Source: Malacoraja senta (Eukaryota). Taken from it: 64,000 bases of DNA. The translations under genes and the position numbers were made by a program. The stretch covers positions 18,912,001-18,976,000 of the forward strand of contig CM075988.1 in the NCBI GenBank assembly GCA_038087875.1, read 5' to 3'. Position 1 is the stretch's first letter. Each line of letters begins with the position of its first letter. Positions 1-10,499 of the stretch are shown here, one piece after another. A model generated the notes under the pieces. It was not told the DNA's origin and ran no database searches. It saw nothing but the letters and a program-made list of their open reading frames with translations.

Positions 1-219
1 CACTCACAACTTTCCAAACAACCCATCCCTTTCCATGTGTTGTGGAGAGCCCTCTCTCTGCAACTCCTTGGTTCACTCGCTTTGTAGAAAGCCGTTCTCA
101 TTGCTCAAACCTTTAAGGTTCATCAAGTAGAAACCTTGCCGTAAATTTACAACTCCTAAAGTCACCCAATACATTTCTTCTTCAAAGTCTTTGCCAGAAA
201 GGAGGTAACTTTAATAAAG

Positions 220-425
220 TCAGCGGGACAGGCAGCAGCTCTGGAGAGAAGGAATGAATGATGTTTCGGGTTGAGACCCTTTTGCAGAAGGGTCTGAAGA
301 AGCGTCTTGACCCAAAACGTCATCCATTCCTTCACTCCGGAGATGCTGCCTGTCCCGCGGAGTTACTCCAGCATTTTGTGTCTGTCTGCAGTTTAAATCA
401 GCATCTGCAGTTCCTTCCTACACAT
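220..425. repeat. Head-to-head inverted pair of Penelope-derived mini-repeats with a degenerate hammerhead core
   Basis: Left arm (gggacaggcagcagctctggagagaaggaatgaatgatgtttcgggttgagaccc) is the reverse complement of the right arm (ctgaagaagcgtcttgacccaaaacgtcatccattccttcactccggagatgctgcctgtccc). Similar sequence forms the pseudo-LTR at 29242-30222. Confidence 0.75.
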
Positions 426-1916
426 CTTTAATAACGTTTTTAATATGATGGAGGATTTGAGGAATTAGTGTACACATCACTACGACAGTTCAAAAAGACT
501 GTAAAAAGTTCTCAGAACTAGGGTTTAATGTTGAGAGCAGCAGAATTGAAACGCATGGAACTTATGTTTCTTGGTTAGATCACACTCTAAATATATAATA
601 TTTATAGGTTCTGGGAAAGATACATAAAAGTTTGGCGACAAAACGAAGGTACCTAACAGGGAACATAGACCGAAATTGTACCTTCTGGGAAAATGAGTGA
701 TGGAAGAGAGCTTTACAAAATTATTACAACAGGCTTGCCAGAGTGGATGGATAAAGAGATTTATATCCGCAGAACCTAATGCTTTAAATATATCAACAAA
801 TGCAGTAGGAAGTTCAGGAGAAACTATTTTTCCTTGTGTATTCTCATTGGGAATGGCAGATAGGAAAAACGTCAATGCCTCCAGGAGAAGTCACTGAAAA
901 AAGTCATACCCATAAAACACGGATAAGGAGCCAAAGAGCAGAGAAACATTTCATCCATGTAGGTCCAATTCATCCATACCGATCAAGGTACCCCATTTAA
1001 ACTAATCCCATTTGCCCGCGCTTGGCCCAAATCTCTCCAAATCTTTCTTATCCGTGTACCAGAGTCAGAGAGAGCAGCCGGGAGAGAAGTTAACTGAAGG
1101 AAGTGGCGCTGGGTTAGCTGAAGAATGGCGGTAGAGCCCTGTGTAGAGCAGAGGCACCAGTACAGACCTGTCGGCAGTGGCACTCAATGACATGCTCCAA
1201 AGTCAGAGTGTTTGGCGATATTTCAACAGTGATTTGCGAGCATTAGACTAGGTTAACTCGCACGAGCAGATTAAGCAGCGAGATAATTACTAGGACTTCA
1301 GATGCCCGTCTCTGTGGCCAGAATATTGAAAGGGTGCAGTATCTGGATCGCAGTAGATAACTTCCATTTACAGAGCGGCTGCCAGCTCGTTCAAAGAGAA
1401 AGCCAGGAAGAATTGGAATGGTGATTCAAATGTATTCACACATGTAACTTCGCAAGGTTAAAGAGGAGACTTTTGATCAAATTGCTCAGATCAAATGATC
1501 ATTCCCTTTCTTCCTTGTAATCTCGATGATGAGGTAATGAATTTATGAGTCACAGTCACACATAGATTTAATTTGGAACTTGACGGATAACTTTTTCATG
1601 CAGAGGGTGGTGGGTATGTGGAACGAGCTGCCAGAAGAAGCTGTAACGGTACAGGAGTAATCCATGGCATTGGAGCAGTGTTTAGCCGCACATTCGTGGG
1701 TCCAACTGCCAGTGCTTTTGTGATCACATTTGAGGAAGAGGACAATGTCAGGATTGAAGAACTCAGATTTGTAGCTTAATTGGCCTGGCATGAATGTAAA
1801 TTGTCCCTAGTAAATGTCAGATAGTGTTAATGGACGGGGATCGCTGGTTGGTGTGGACTCGGTGGGCTGAAGGACCTGTTTCTGCATTGTAATTAAGCTA
1901 AAACCGTAGATAATAT

Positions 1917-4169
1917 TTCAGATTCAGATTCAGATTCAGATTCAGATTCAACTTTATTGTCATTGTGCAGTGTACAGTACAGAGACAACGAAATGCAGTT
2001 AGCATCTCCCTAGAAGAGCGACATAAATATGAGCAGTAAATAAATAAATCTAATCTAATAAATCCTGGTGGGAGGAGTGTCCGGGGGGGGGGGGGGTGTG
2101 ATTGGCAGTCACTGAGGTACAGTGTTGAGTAGTGTAACCGCCGCAGGGAAGAAGCTGTTCCTGGACCTGCTGGTCCGGCAACGGAGAGACCTGTAGCGCC
2201 TCCCGGATGGTAGGAGGGTAAACAGTCTGTGGTTGGGGTGAGAGCAGTCCTTGGCGATGCTGAGCGCCCTTCGCAGACAACGCTTGCTTTGGACAGACTC
2301 AATGGTGGGGAGTGAGGAACCGGTGATGCGTTGGGCAATTTTCACCACCCTCTGCAGTGCTTTCCGGTCGGAGACAGAGCAGTTGCCATACCGTACTGTG
2401 ATGCAGTTGGTAAGGATGCTCTCGATGGTGCAGCGGTAGAAGTTCACCAGAATCCGAGGAGACAGATGGACCTTCTTTAGTCTCCTCAGGAAGAAGAGAC
2501 GCTGGTGAGCCTTCTTGACCAGAGTTGAGGTATTGTTGGTCCAAGAGAGGTCATCGGAGATGTTGACCCCCAGGAACCTGAAGCTGGAAACACGTTCCAC
2601 CTCCCTCCCGTTAATGTGGATGGGGGTGTGCATGCCGCCCATAGACTTCCTGAAGTCTACAATGAGCTCCTTGGTCTTCTTGGAGTTAAGGGCCAGGTTG
2701 TTGTCAGCGCACCATGCTGCTAGGAGCTGGACCTCCTCCCTATAGGCCGACTCATCGTTGTTGCTGAGGAGGCCAATCACCGTTGTATCATCTGCATACT
2801 TGATGATGGTGTTAGTACCATGTACAGGTGTGCAGTCGTAGGTGAAGAGGGAGTAGAGGAGGGGGCTCAGCACACAGCCCTGTGGAACGCCGGTGTTCAG
2901 GGTGAGGGTTGAAGAGGTGTGCTTGTCTAACCTAACAGACTGGGGTCTGTTGGTTAGAAAGTCCAGTATCCAGTTGCAGAGGGAGGGGTCGATGCCCAGG
3001 TCACCGAGTTTGGTGATCAGTTTAGAGGGTATGATGGTGTTGAATGCTGAGCTGTAATCGATGAACAGCATTCTTACGTAAGTGTCTCTGTTGTCGAGGT
3101 GGGAGAGGGCGGAGTGAAGTGCCGTTGAGATGGCATCCTCCGTACTCCTGTTCTTGCGGTAGGCAAACTGATAGGGATCCAACGTGGGGGGTAGGCAGCC
3201 TTTGAGGTGTGCCAGGACCAGCCTCTCGAAGCACTTGGCGATGATGGGAGTAAGTGCAACAGGGCGGAAGTCGTTGAGGCTTGCCGCAGTGGAGTGTTTT
3301 GGCACCGGCACGATGGAGGTGGATTTAAGGCACGTGGGCACAACTGCTTGGGCAAGTGACAGGTTAAAGATGTCAGTCCAGACGTCTGTCAGCTGCGCAG
3401 CACAGGCCCTGAGGACGCGCCCGGGGATGCCGTCGGGGCCAGCAGCCTTACGTGCATTAGTCCTACTCAGTGCCACGTACACGTCGAAGGGGGTGAGTGA
3501 GAGGGGCTGGTGATCGGCAGGGAGCACCGCCTTGATGGCCAACTGCCGATTGTCCCTATCGAAACGGCCATAGAAGTGGTTGAGCTCCTCAAGGAAGGAG
3601 GCGTTACTGGATGTGGGGGTGGTGTTGGTGGGTCTAAAGTCCGTGATGGCCTGGATGCCTTGCCACATGCGTCGGGGGTCGGAGTTGTTGTTGAAGTGCT
3701 CCTCAATCCTGAGTTTATGGCAGTGCTTGGCCTTCTTTATGCCCTTCTTCAGGTTAGCCCTGGATGAACTGTAGGCTCGGGCATCGCCTGACCTGAAAGC
3801 GGTGTCCCGTGCTTTCAGCAGTAGCCTGACCTCGCTGTTCATCCATGGCTTCTGATTCGGGAATATGGTCACCTGTTTGAGGGAGGTGACGCTGTTGATG
3901 GTGGAGTTTATAAAGTCCAGAACAGATGATGTATAGGAGTCAATGTCCGTGTGGGAGTCAAGGGTGGCCTGGGCTGCAAACGCCTTCCAGTCAGTGTTTC
4001 CAAAACACTGCTGAAGTGTGCAGTCCGCATCCTCTGACCAGACTTTAACTGTCCTCACAGTGGGTTTAACCCGTCTGATCAGTGGGGAGTACTTTGGGAG
4101 CAGGAACAATGAGAGGTGATCAGACTGTCCAAGGTGGGGGAGGGGGACGGCTTTGTAAGCTTCAGCCAT
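1917..4169 (-). mobile_element. Rex1/Babar-clade LINE, 5'-truncated, young
   Basis: Uninterrupted ORF from the end of the APE domain (LGQSDH) through RT ([29 protein letters not shown]) to the Rex1-type C-terminus (LPSGRRYRS...NSFFP). The 3' UTR ends in AATAAA plus a (CTGAAT)n tail at 1917-1950. Confidence 0.92.
2109..4169 (-). CDS. Rex1/Babar reverse transcriptase ORF (N-terminally truncated)
   Basis: ORF track 2109..4202. About 11 N-terminal codons come from flanking DNA; the remaining ~685 codons have no stop. Confidence 0.85.
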   Translation of the reverse strand: MAEAYKAVPLPHLGQSDHLSLFLLPKYSPLIRRVKPTVRTVKVWSEDADCTLQQCFGNTDWKAFAAQATLDSHTDIDSYTSSVLDFINSTINSVTSLKQVTIFPNQKPWMNSEVRLLLKARDTAFRSGDARAYSSSRANLKKGIKKAKHCHKLRIEEHFNNNSDPRRMWQGIQAITDFRPTNTTPTSSNASFLEELNHFYGRFDRDNRQLAIKAVLPADHQPLSLTPFDVYVALSRTNARKAAGPDGIPGRVLRACAAQLTDVWTDIFNLSLAQAVVPTCLKSTSIVPVPKHSTAASLNDFRPVALTPIIAKCFERLVLAHLKGCLPPTLDPYQFAYRKNRSTEDAISTALHSALSHLDNRDTYVRMLFIDYSSAFNTIIPSKLITKLGDLGIDPSLCNWILDFLTNRPQSVRLDKHTSSTLTLNTGVPQGCVLSPLLYSLFTYDCTPVHGTNTIIKYADDTTVIGLLSNNDESAYREEVQLLAAWCADNNLALNSKKTKELIVDFRKSMGGMHTPIHINGREVERVSSFRFLGVNISDDLSWTNNTSTLVKKAHQRLFFLRRLKKVHLSPRILVNFYRCTIESILTNCITVRYGNCSVSDRKALQRVVKIAQRITGSSLPTIESVQSKRCLRRALSIAKDCSHPNHRLFTLLPSGRRYRSLRCRTSRSRNSFFPAAVTLLNTVPQ

Positions 4170-4767
4170 TTTTAGCTGTAGATGCGATAGGACTGGATTC
4201 ACATCATGTCACAGGGATGGCAATGGGGACCTTCAGAAATGGCATCGGTGTGAAGTTGATTTTTGTCTTGGGATTGAACACAAGGTTGTGAATTCTTTGG
4301 TATTTGAGAAAGGAACTTCATATAGCCTCCGGTTAAATTACAACTGGTCATTGATTCTGCCTTGGATCTTGCATAGTAATCCCCAGAGCTTTGTGTTAGG
4401 TTGTGGTTATACCTGCCCTCATGTCTCTAGTGCTCAGAGACTTTGACATCTCCCTATAGATAAGATTTTCTCTTTCAGGAATATTAAGTTGTTCAGTTGC
4501 GGAGTGGAATTGAATATGAGGAAGGTAAAGAATAAAAATAATTCATGAGGGAAAAATGAGAGAATTGAAAGGATGGTGTGAAGAAAGGACAACAAAAGGA
4601 TCTAAACATAGGCAGGATCGGTATAACATTGTCTACATCATCTCCCAGACGGAAGGCTTTGAACATTCAGCAATTAATCCATGGGGCTACATTGTTGGTT
4701 TATCCGACACCAGAGACTGGAAGCAAGGACTTCACATCGAGCTCTGTACCAGTCAATCCTATCCCAT

Positions 4768-5227
4768 GGGTGGCACAGTGGCACAGTGGTAGCGTTGCTG
4801 CCTTACAGCGTTTGCAGCGCAAGAGACCCATGTTCGATGCTGACTATGGGTGCTGTCTGTACGGAGTTTGTACGTTCTCGCATGACAGTGTGGAAATTCT
4901 CTGAGATCTTTGGTTTCCTCCCACACTCCAAAGACGTACAGGTTGGTAGGTAAATTGGCTTGGTATTAATGTAATTTGGCCCTAGAGTGTGTAGGACAGG
5001 CCCTCTCATAGATGAACTGAGGTCCAGGCCAATTTCAATTTTAGAGGCCCTCAAATCAAGATCCCTTTGAAGCAGATAGGCATGAGGCCCATGCCAAATG
5101 GCACTCGTTGCCCCCTCTCTGATAGGGCCTGGTGTAGGATAGTGTTAGTGTGCGGGGATTGCTGGTCAGTGCGGACTCGGCAGACCGAAGGGCCTGTTTC
5201 CGCACTGTATCTCTAAACTAAACTAAA
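4768..5227 (+). mobile_element. HE1-type tRNA-derived SINE interrupted by a MITE
   Basis: A-box-like tggcacagtggtag, B-box-like gttcgatgc, conserved core, and tail gaagggcctgtttccgcactgtatctctaaactaaac. Confidence 0.8.
4997..5131. mobile_element. 135-bp hAT-type MITE
   Basis: TIRs caggccctctcataga / tctctgatagggcctg, flanked by an 8-bp TSD GTGTAGGA (4989-4996 and 5132-5139). Confidence 0.75.
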
Positions 5228-6084
5228 TTATTCTAATAGAATTCCAGGAGTGCAGAGCAAAAGGTTTCAAGGATATTTTAGGAATCTTCTTGAGGAATGA
5301 AAGATCCTCACTGACTAGTGAGGACCTCTGTCCTGTGACTACTCAGAATAGAGAAGATACATCTGAGAGAACATTGAGGGTTTGTGTCTTCGTGCTGGGA
5401 GACTTTAGACCTTAGAGATACAGCAAGGAAACAGGCCCTTCGTGCCACCGAGTCCGTGCCGACCAGTGATCACCCATATACTAGAGCTATCGTACGAACT
5501 GTGGGAGATTAGCATCTCTGGAGAACATGCATAGGTATAGGTGATGTTTTGGGTCAGGATCCTTCCACAGACTGATAGTAGTAGGCAGAAGAAAATGAAA
5601 AGAGGTGGGGCGGGACAAAGCCTGGCGAGTGATAGGTGGATACAAGTTGGGAGGGGGGAGCTGTTGATTGGCAAATTGGTGGACAAAGGCTAGAAATTGA
5701 AAAGGTCTCCAGGTCTCTTTCTGTGACAGTATTCAGAGCCTTACTTCAAGGCGTTTGATACTTCTATAAGATCCTCTGATACTAATCTCTGCTTAATGAT
5801 CTTTTGGAATATTAGATGGAGTGGGAAATCAGATTTGCATCTTCCCACTGCACAAAATATGAATCTCTGACACATTCAGATTAATTTTTTCATACACTTT
5901 TGGTGAGCTGCATTGGGTGAGTTCCTATACCAGTAGCATCAGACTAAAACTGCTGTAGGCTGCACTTGGATGATCCAATGTCCTTTCTTTCCTTGCAATA
6001 ACAAATTTGAATTGTACAATTATGATATATATAAATAACATGCCAATTTGTAATATCTAATATCTATTTGTAATATTATGATAT

Positions 6085-6385
6085 AGTGGCTCAGCTAATC
6101 GAGCTTTTGCCTCACAGAGCCAGAGACCTGGGTTTAATCCTGACCGTGAGTGCTGTCTGTATGGAGTTTGCACATTCTTTCTGTGACCAGGTGTGTTTCT
6201 CCAGGTGCTCCTGTTTCCTCCCACATCTTAAAGACGTGCGGGTTTGTAGGTTAAATGGTGTCTGCAAATTGCTCCTAGTGTGTAGGGAGTGGATAAGAAA
6301 TTGGGACAACAAAGAACTCGTTTGAATAGCATAGACTCTGTGGGCTGAAGGGCCTGTTTTCATGCTGTATCTTTCAATCAATCGA
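6085..6385 (+). mobile_element. HE1-type SINE
   Basis: tRNA-like head, core, and gggctgaagggcctgttt tail with (tcaa)n. Confidence 0.75.
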
Positions 6386-6679
6386 TCAATTATCAGTGAG
6401 ATGATTTTGGTTAATCACCAATAATAAATTGCATAATGTTTTTAAGAAGGAACTGCAGATGCTGGAAAATCGAAGGTAGACAATAAGTTGTAGTTTGCAA
6501 AACATAAAGTGCTGGTGGAACTCAACCGGTCGGGTAACATCTGTGGAAGGAATGGACAGGCAACATGTTGGGTCTGGACCCTTCGTCACACTGATAGTGG
6601 TTATTCGCCTAGGCTAATCCGACTGCACTTTCCAACCATGAGCTCTCCCACCAAGAGCTACAATGGCCATAGGGCTATA

Positions 6680-7415
6680 GTCAGTGAGAAAAAGGAAATT
6701 GTGATCGACTTCAGATAGCGAAGTGGTATACATACCCTGATACACTGACAACAACATAATAGAGATGGTTGAAAGCTTCAAGTTGTTTGGAGTAAATATC
6801 ACCAGCAACTTGTCCTGGACTGGGCATATCGAAGCAATGGTCAAGAAAGCGCTTCTATTTATTTAGAAGACTTAGGAAGTTCGGCATGTCCCAAACAACA
6901 CTCATCAAATTTTACAGATGTTCCGTGAAAATCATTTTACAGGATGCATCACAGCATGGTTTGGGAATAGCTCCATCCAAGACCACAAGAAATTGCAGAG
7001 TTATGAACGTAGCCCAGACCATCACATAAGCAGCCTCTTTCCATTGACTCCATCTACACTTCACGTTGCCTCGGCAAGGCCACCAGCATAATCAAGGATG
7101 AGTCTCACCCTGGCCATCTCCGTGAACTTCTCCCCTCTCCCATCAGGCAAGAGATACGGAAGTGTGAAAACGCACACCTCTAGTTTCAGGGATAATTTCT
7201 TCCCAGCTGTAATCAGGCAACTGAACCATCCTGTCACCAACTAGAGAGTAGTCCTGAGCTACAATCTACATAATTGGAAAACCTCGGACTATCTTGGACT
7301 TTACTGGATTTTATCCCTTTTACTGTATCTGTACACTGTGGATGGCTTGATTGTAATCATGTATTGTCTTTTTGCTGACTGGTACGCGTGACAATAATAA
7401 ACTAAACTAAACTTA
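6680..7415 (+). mobile_element. Degenerate Rex1/Babar LINE 3' fragment
   Basis: Decayed KEIVIDFR, FKLFGVNI and LPSGKRY motifs; ends gacaataataaactaaactaaact. Confidence 0.7.
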
Positions 7416-7499
7416 ACGTGGCAACTCTATCACCAGCTTCCCCTCCTCATCACAAACCAGCCTGGCGTGAATGTCCTTCCAGGGAACAACTCACCATCT

Positions 7500-7960
7500 T
7501 GCTTGGGTTAACATATGATGTGCATTTGACGGCACTGGGCCTGTACTCGCTGGAGTTTAGAAGGATGAGGGGAGACCTCATTGAAACTTACCGAATCATG
7601 AAAGGCTTGGATAGAGTGGATGTGGAGAGGATGTTTCCACTAGTGGGTGAGTCTAGGACCAGAGGTCATAGCCTCACAATAAAAGGACGTTCCTTTAGGA
7701 AGGAGATGAAGAGGAATTTCTCTAGTCAGTGGGTGGTGAATCTGTGGAATTCATTGCCACAGACGGCTGTGGAGGCCAAGTCAGTGGATATTTTTAAGGC
7801 AGAGATAGATTGATTCTTGATTAGTACAGGAGTCGGGGGTTATGGGGAGAGGGCAGGAGAATGGAGTTGAGAGGGAGAGATAGATCAGCCATGATTGAAT
7901 GGCGGAGTGACCTGATGGGCTAAATGGCCGAATTCTGCTCCTATCACTTATAAACATGAA
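7500..7960 (+). mobile_element. CR1/HER1-like LINE 3' fragment
   Basis: LGLYSLEFRRMRGDLIETY...TRGHSL...VVNLWNSLP plus the CR1 3' UTR. Confidence 0.85.
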
Positions 7961-8789
7961 CTTTAAAGGTCAATCAGAGATGGGCAACAAACGCTGGCTT
8001 TGCAGACCTTGAGAATGAATATAAATTGTACTTTGAGGCATATCTGTACTCTAATTTGCCCTTGTAAATTGTAATTTTTAAATCACCCTTCAAGCAAATT
8101 GGTTATTCAATGCAATAAGTTTCACGAGTGACAGAACGTTCCACATCTCTCTCACAACCCACGTTCAAGAGCGCACACAGTCGCAGAGATGTGTTTTCTC
8201 ATTAGTTTTTTTAACGGTGAAAAAATGAGCCCTGAACATTGTCAGAGAACAGAGCGCCCGGCACAGCCAACATCTGAGATGATCGACAGGCTTACAAGCC
8301 TTGCTTTTATTTCTGTATGTAACAATTGGCTCCGAGCACTCTGTTGCCACGCAAATCCTTTCATCGCTCGTGAGTTCACGGAGATGGCTTCGCTCCTGCC
8401 ATTGCTGATTTCAATTGGACACAAAATATTCCTTCAAGTAAACTCTGCATTTTTGACAGTGTTCATCAGGTAACACCAATCATCACCGTAAACTGAAAAT
8501 AATCATTTCTTAATGTTATGCAGATTAATTTTAATGGGAATAAGTCTTAGCGGGGCGAGTTTGCTCATTAGATTGAAAAACAGAACCTGTTTATTTCACT
8601 GCAATAAGTAAATGAGTATTTCAAAGGGATGGGTTGTTATCATAGTCATTTAATTTTACACTACCAGAGGCTGTTGTTCCCATCAAAAGAAGTTAGTTAT
8701 TTAATAGATTTTTCTTGACTGTCTTTTAAGGAGTAAAGTGTGATGAATAATAAGGCTATTATCCATGCTTCCCGCTCTTTGATCTGCGG

Positions 8790-9262
8790 GACGGCACGGT
8801 GGCGCAGCAGGTAGAGCCCGCTGCCTCACAGCGCCAGAGATGCTGGCTCGATCCTGACTGCGGGCGCTGTCGCTGTGGAGTTTGCACGTTCGCCCTGTGA
8901 ACAGCGTGGGTTTCCTCCGGGTGCTCCGGTTTCCTCCCATGTCCCAGAAAAGGATGGGTTTGTAGGTTAAGCGGCTTCTGGAAATTGTCCCTAGTGCATA
9001 GGATAGAACTAGCATAAGGGGATCGTTGGTTGGCGTGGACTCGGTGGGGGGGAAAGGCCTGTTTCCATGCTGTATTACTAAACTAAAACTAAACCAATGA
9101 CGTGCGGTTTTGTAGGTGAATTGGCCTCTGTAAATTGCCCCGAGTGTACAGGGAGTGGTTGTGAAAGTGGGATAGCATAGAATTAGGTAAACGGGTGATC
9201 GATGGTCGGTGTGGACTGAGTGGGCCAAAGGGCCTGTTTCCATACTGTACCTCTACGTAAAT
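8790..9262 (+). mobile_element. HE1-type SINE with a tandem second 3' half
   Basis: Full head, core and tail, followed directly by a second core and tail. About 280 bp are nearly identical to 13500-13780. Confidence 0.8.
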
Positions 9263-10499
9263 AAGAATCTGTCAAGATCTGTTTGACACTGTCTATGATT
9301 TCTGTGCTGTATCTCTAAGCCAAACTAATCTGTGTTTGAGATTTTTCTTGTCAGATGAAGGCAACATTGCTTAATTCATGTAGAAATATTTTTGAGTTGA
9401 TCAGCCAGAGTCTCTGACTATCTCCTTCTGGTGTTATTCTGGTGTATGAACTCGTTGCTTCCAGTCCTCACCCAGGTTTCTTGCAAAGATACTCAGATGA
9501 GCATTGCACAATACTGTGGGAGCAACATTTCACTGGTTCAATGGTACTTAGTATCACATTTACCGATGGATGTGGTGGGCTGATGGGCCTGTTTCCGTGC
9601 TGTGCCTGTCTATGACTATAACTTTGAAGACTGCACTTCTAGCTGTGTCCTGCACCAGTCCATCAACCCAAGCCTGAGGCAGCAAAGTGGCGCAGCGGTA
9701 GAGTTGCTGCCTTATAGGCCTGTCCCACATAGGCGACGTTTTAGGCGACTGCAGGAGACTATGCAGTTGCCACATGGTCGCCACATGTTCATGGGTGGTT
9801 GCCTTCATGATCGTGAGGAGTTCCCGCATTCTGGGAACTAGTTGCGGCCTCATTATGGTCAACGCAAATTTTTCAACATGTTGAAAAATTAGCGGCGACC
9901 AGAATGAAGCCGCCATGGAGAGTAGCGAGAATTTGCGTGCTGTAGGTGAGCCGTCAGGAGGTCCTAGTGTGTTGCCAGGAGGTCGAAGGTTCTCGTAGGT
10001 TGTAGCCGGTGCTGACTGGTGAATTTCACTGGCTCATTGGGAAAGAAAATGTAAGCAGTAGTTTTCAGAACCAAGGATAACCGACCGGTAATGTTTTTTT
10101 TTTTTTATTTTTTTTATTTTTTAGAAGTACGGTAGATTACAGTAATGTACAACACGTATATATTAATACATTTTTTGTACCGCTTCACTTTTTTAAACTT
10201 TAAGAAAGAAAAAGAAAGAAGTAAGAAAAGTGAAGAAAGTGCGCAAAGGTTGTGAAGTGCAAAAGAGTGTTGGGAAAAGAAAGCCCCTTAGAAAAGAGGT
10301 TAGAGAAGGAAGTAAAGTTAGAAAATAGACCCTAGAAAAAAAAAGAGAAAGAAAGAAGGAACAATCGCTCTATTATAACTCTTATACCATACTTCATAGA
10401 GAAGGAACTACCAACCAAGTCTATTTTTATTTTACCTCCCATTACCAGGTCCAGATACCTTTTATTTATTTATTTGTTTTTCTAAATTACTATTGCACC

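Larger units (their letters stand above)
1061..5400 (+). pseudogene. Possible highly decayed Ty3/Gypsy pol remnant, fragmented by later insertions
   Basis: With younger TEs removed, plus-strand fragments resemble Gypsy motifs in colinear order: KVRVFGD (RT-like), HGIGAVFSR...NILAV (RNase H-like), GSCIVIPRAL (pre-integrase), IHG...GSKDFTS and IFLRNERS (integrase-like). Many stops and frameshifts; similarity judged by eye only. Confidence 0.35.

Noticed and set aside
525..897. 116-aa (-) and 66-aa (+) ORFs as a host exon
   Set aside because: No recognisable domain, and the best minus-strand splice acceptor is followed by an in-frame TGA. More likely decayed element sequence.
1085..1130. TEGSGAG as a negative-strand RNA virus L-protein methyltransferase motif
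   Set aside because: The surrounding residues do not fit, stops are nearby, and such a short match is expected by chance.
2050..3774. Overlapping and antisense ORFs within Rex1 (likewise within CR1, L1 and DIRS1)
   Set aside because: Shadow frames of the TE coding sequence.
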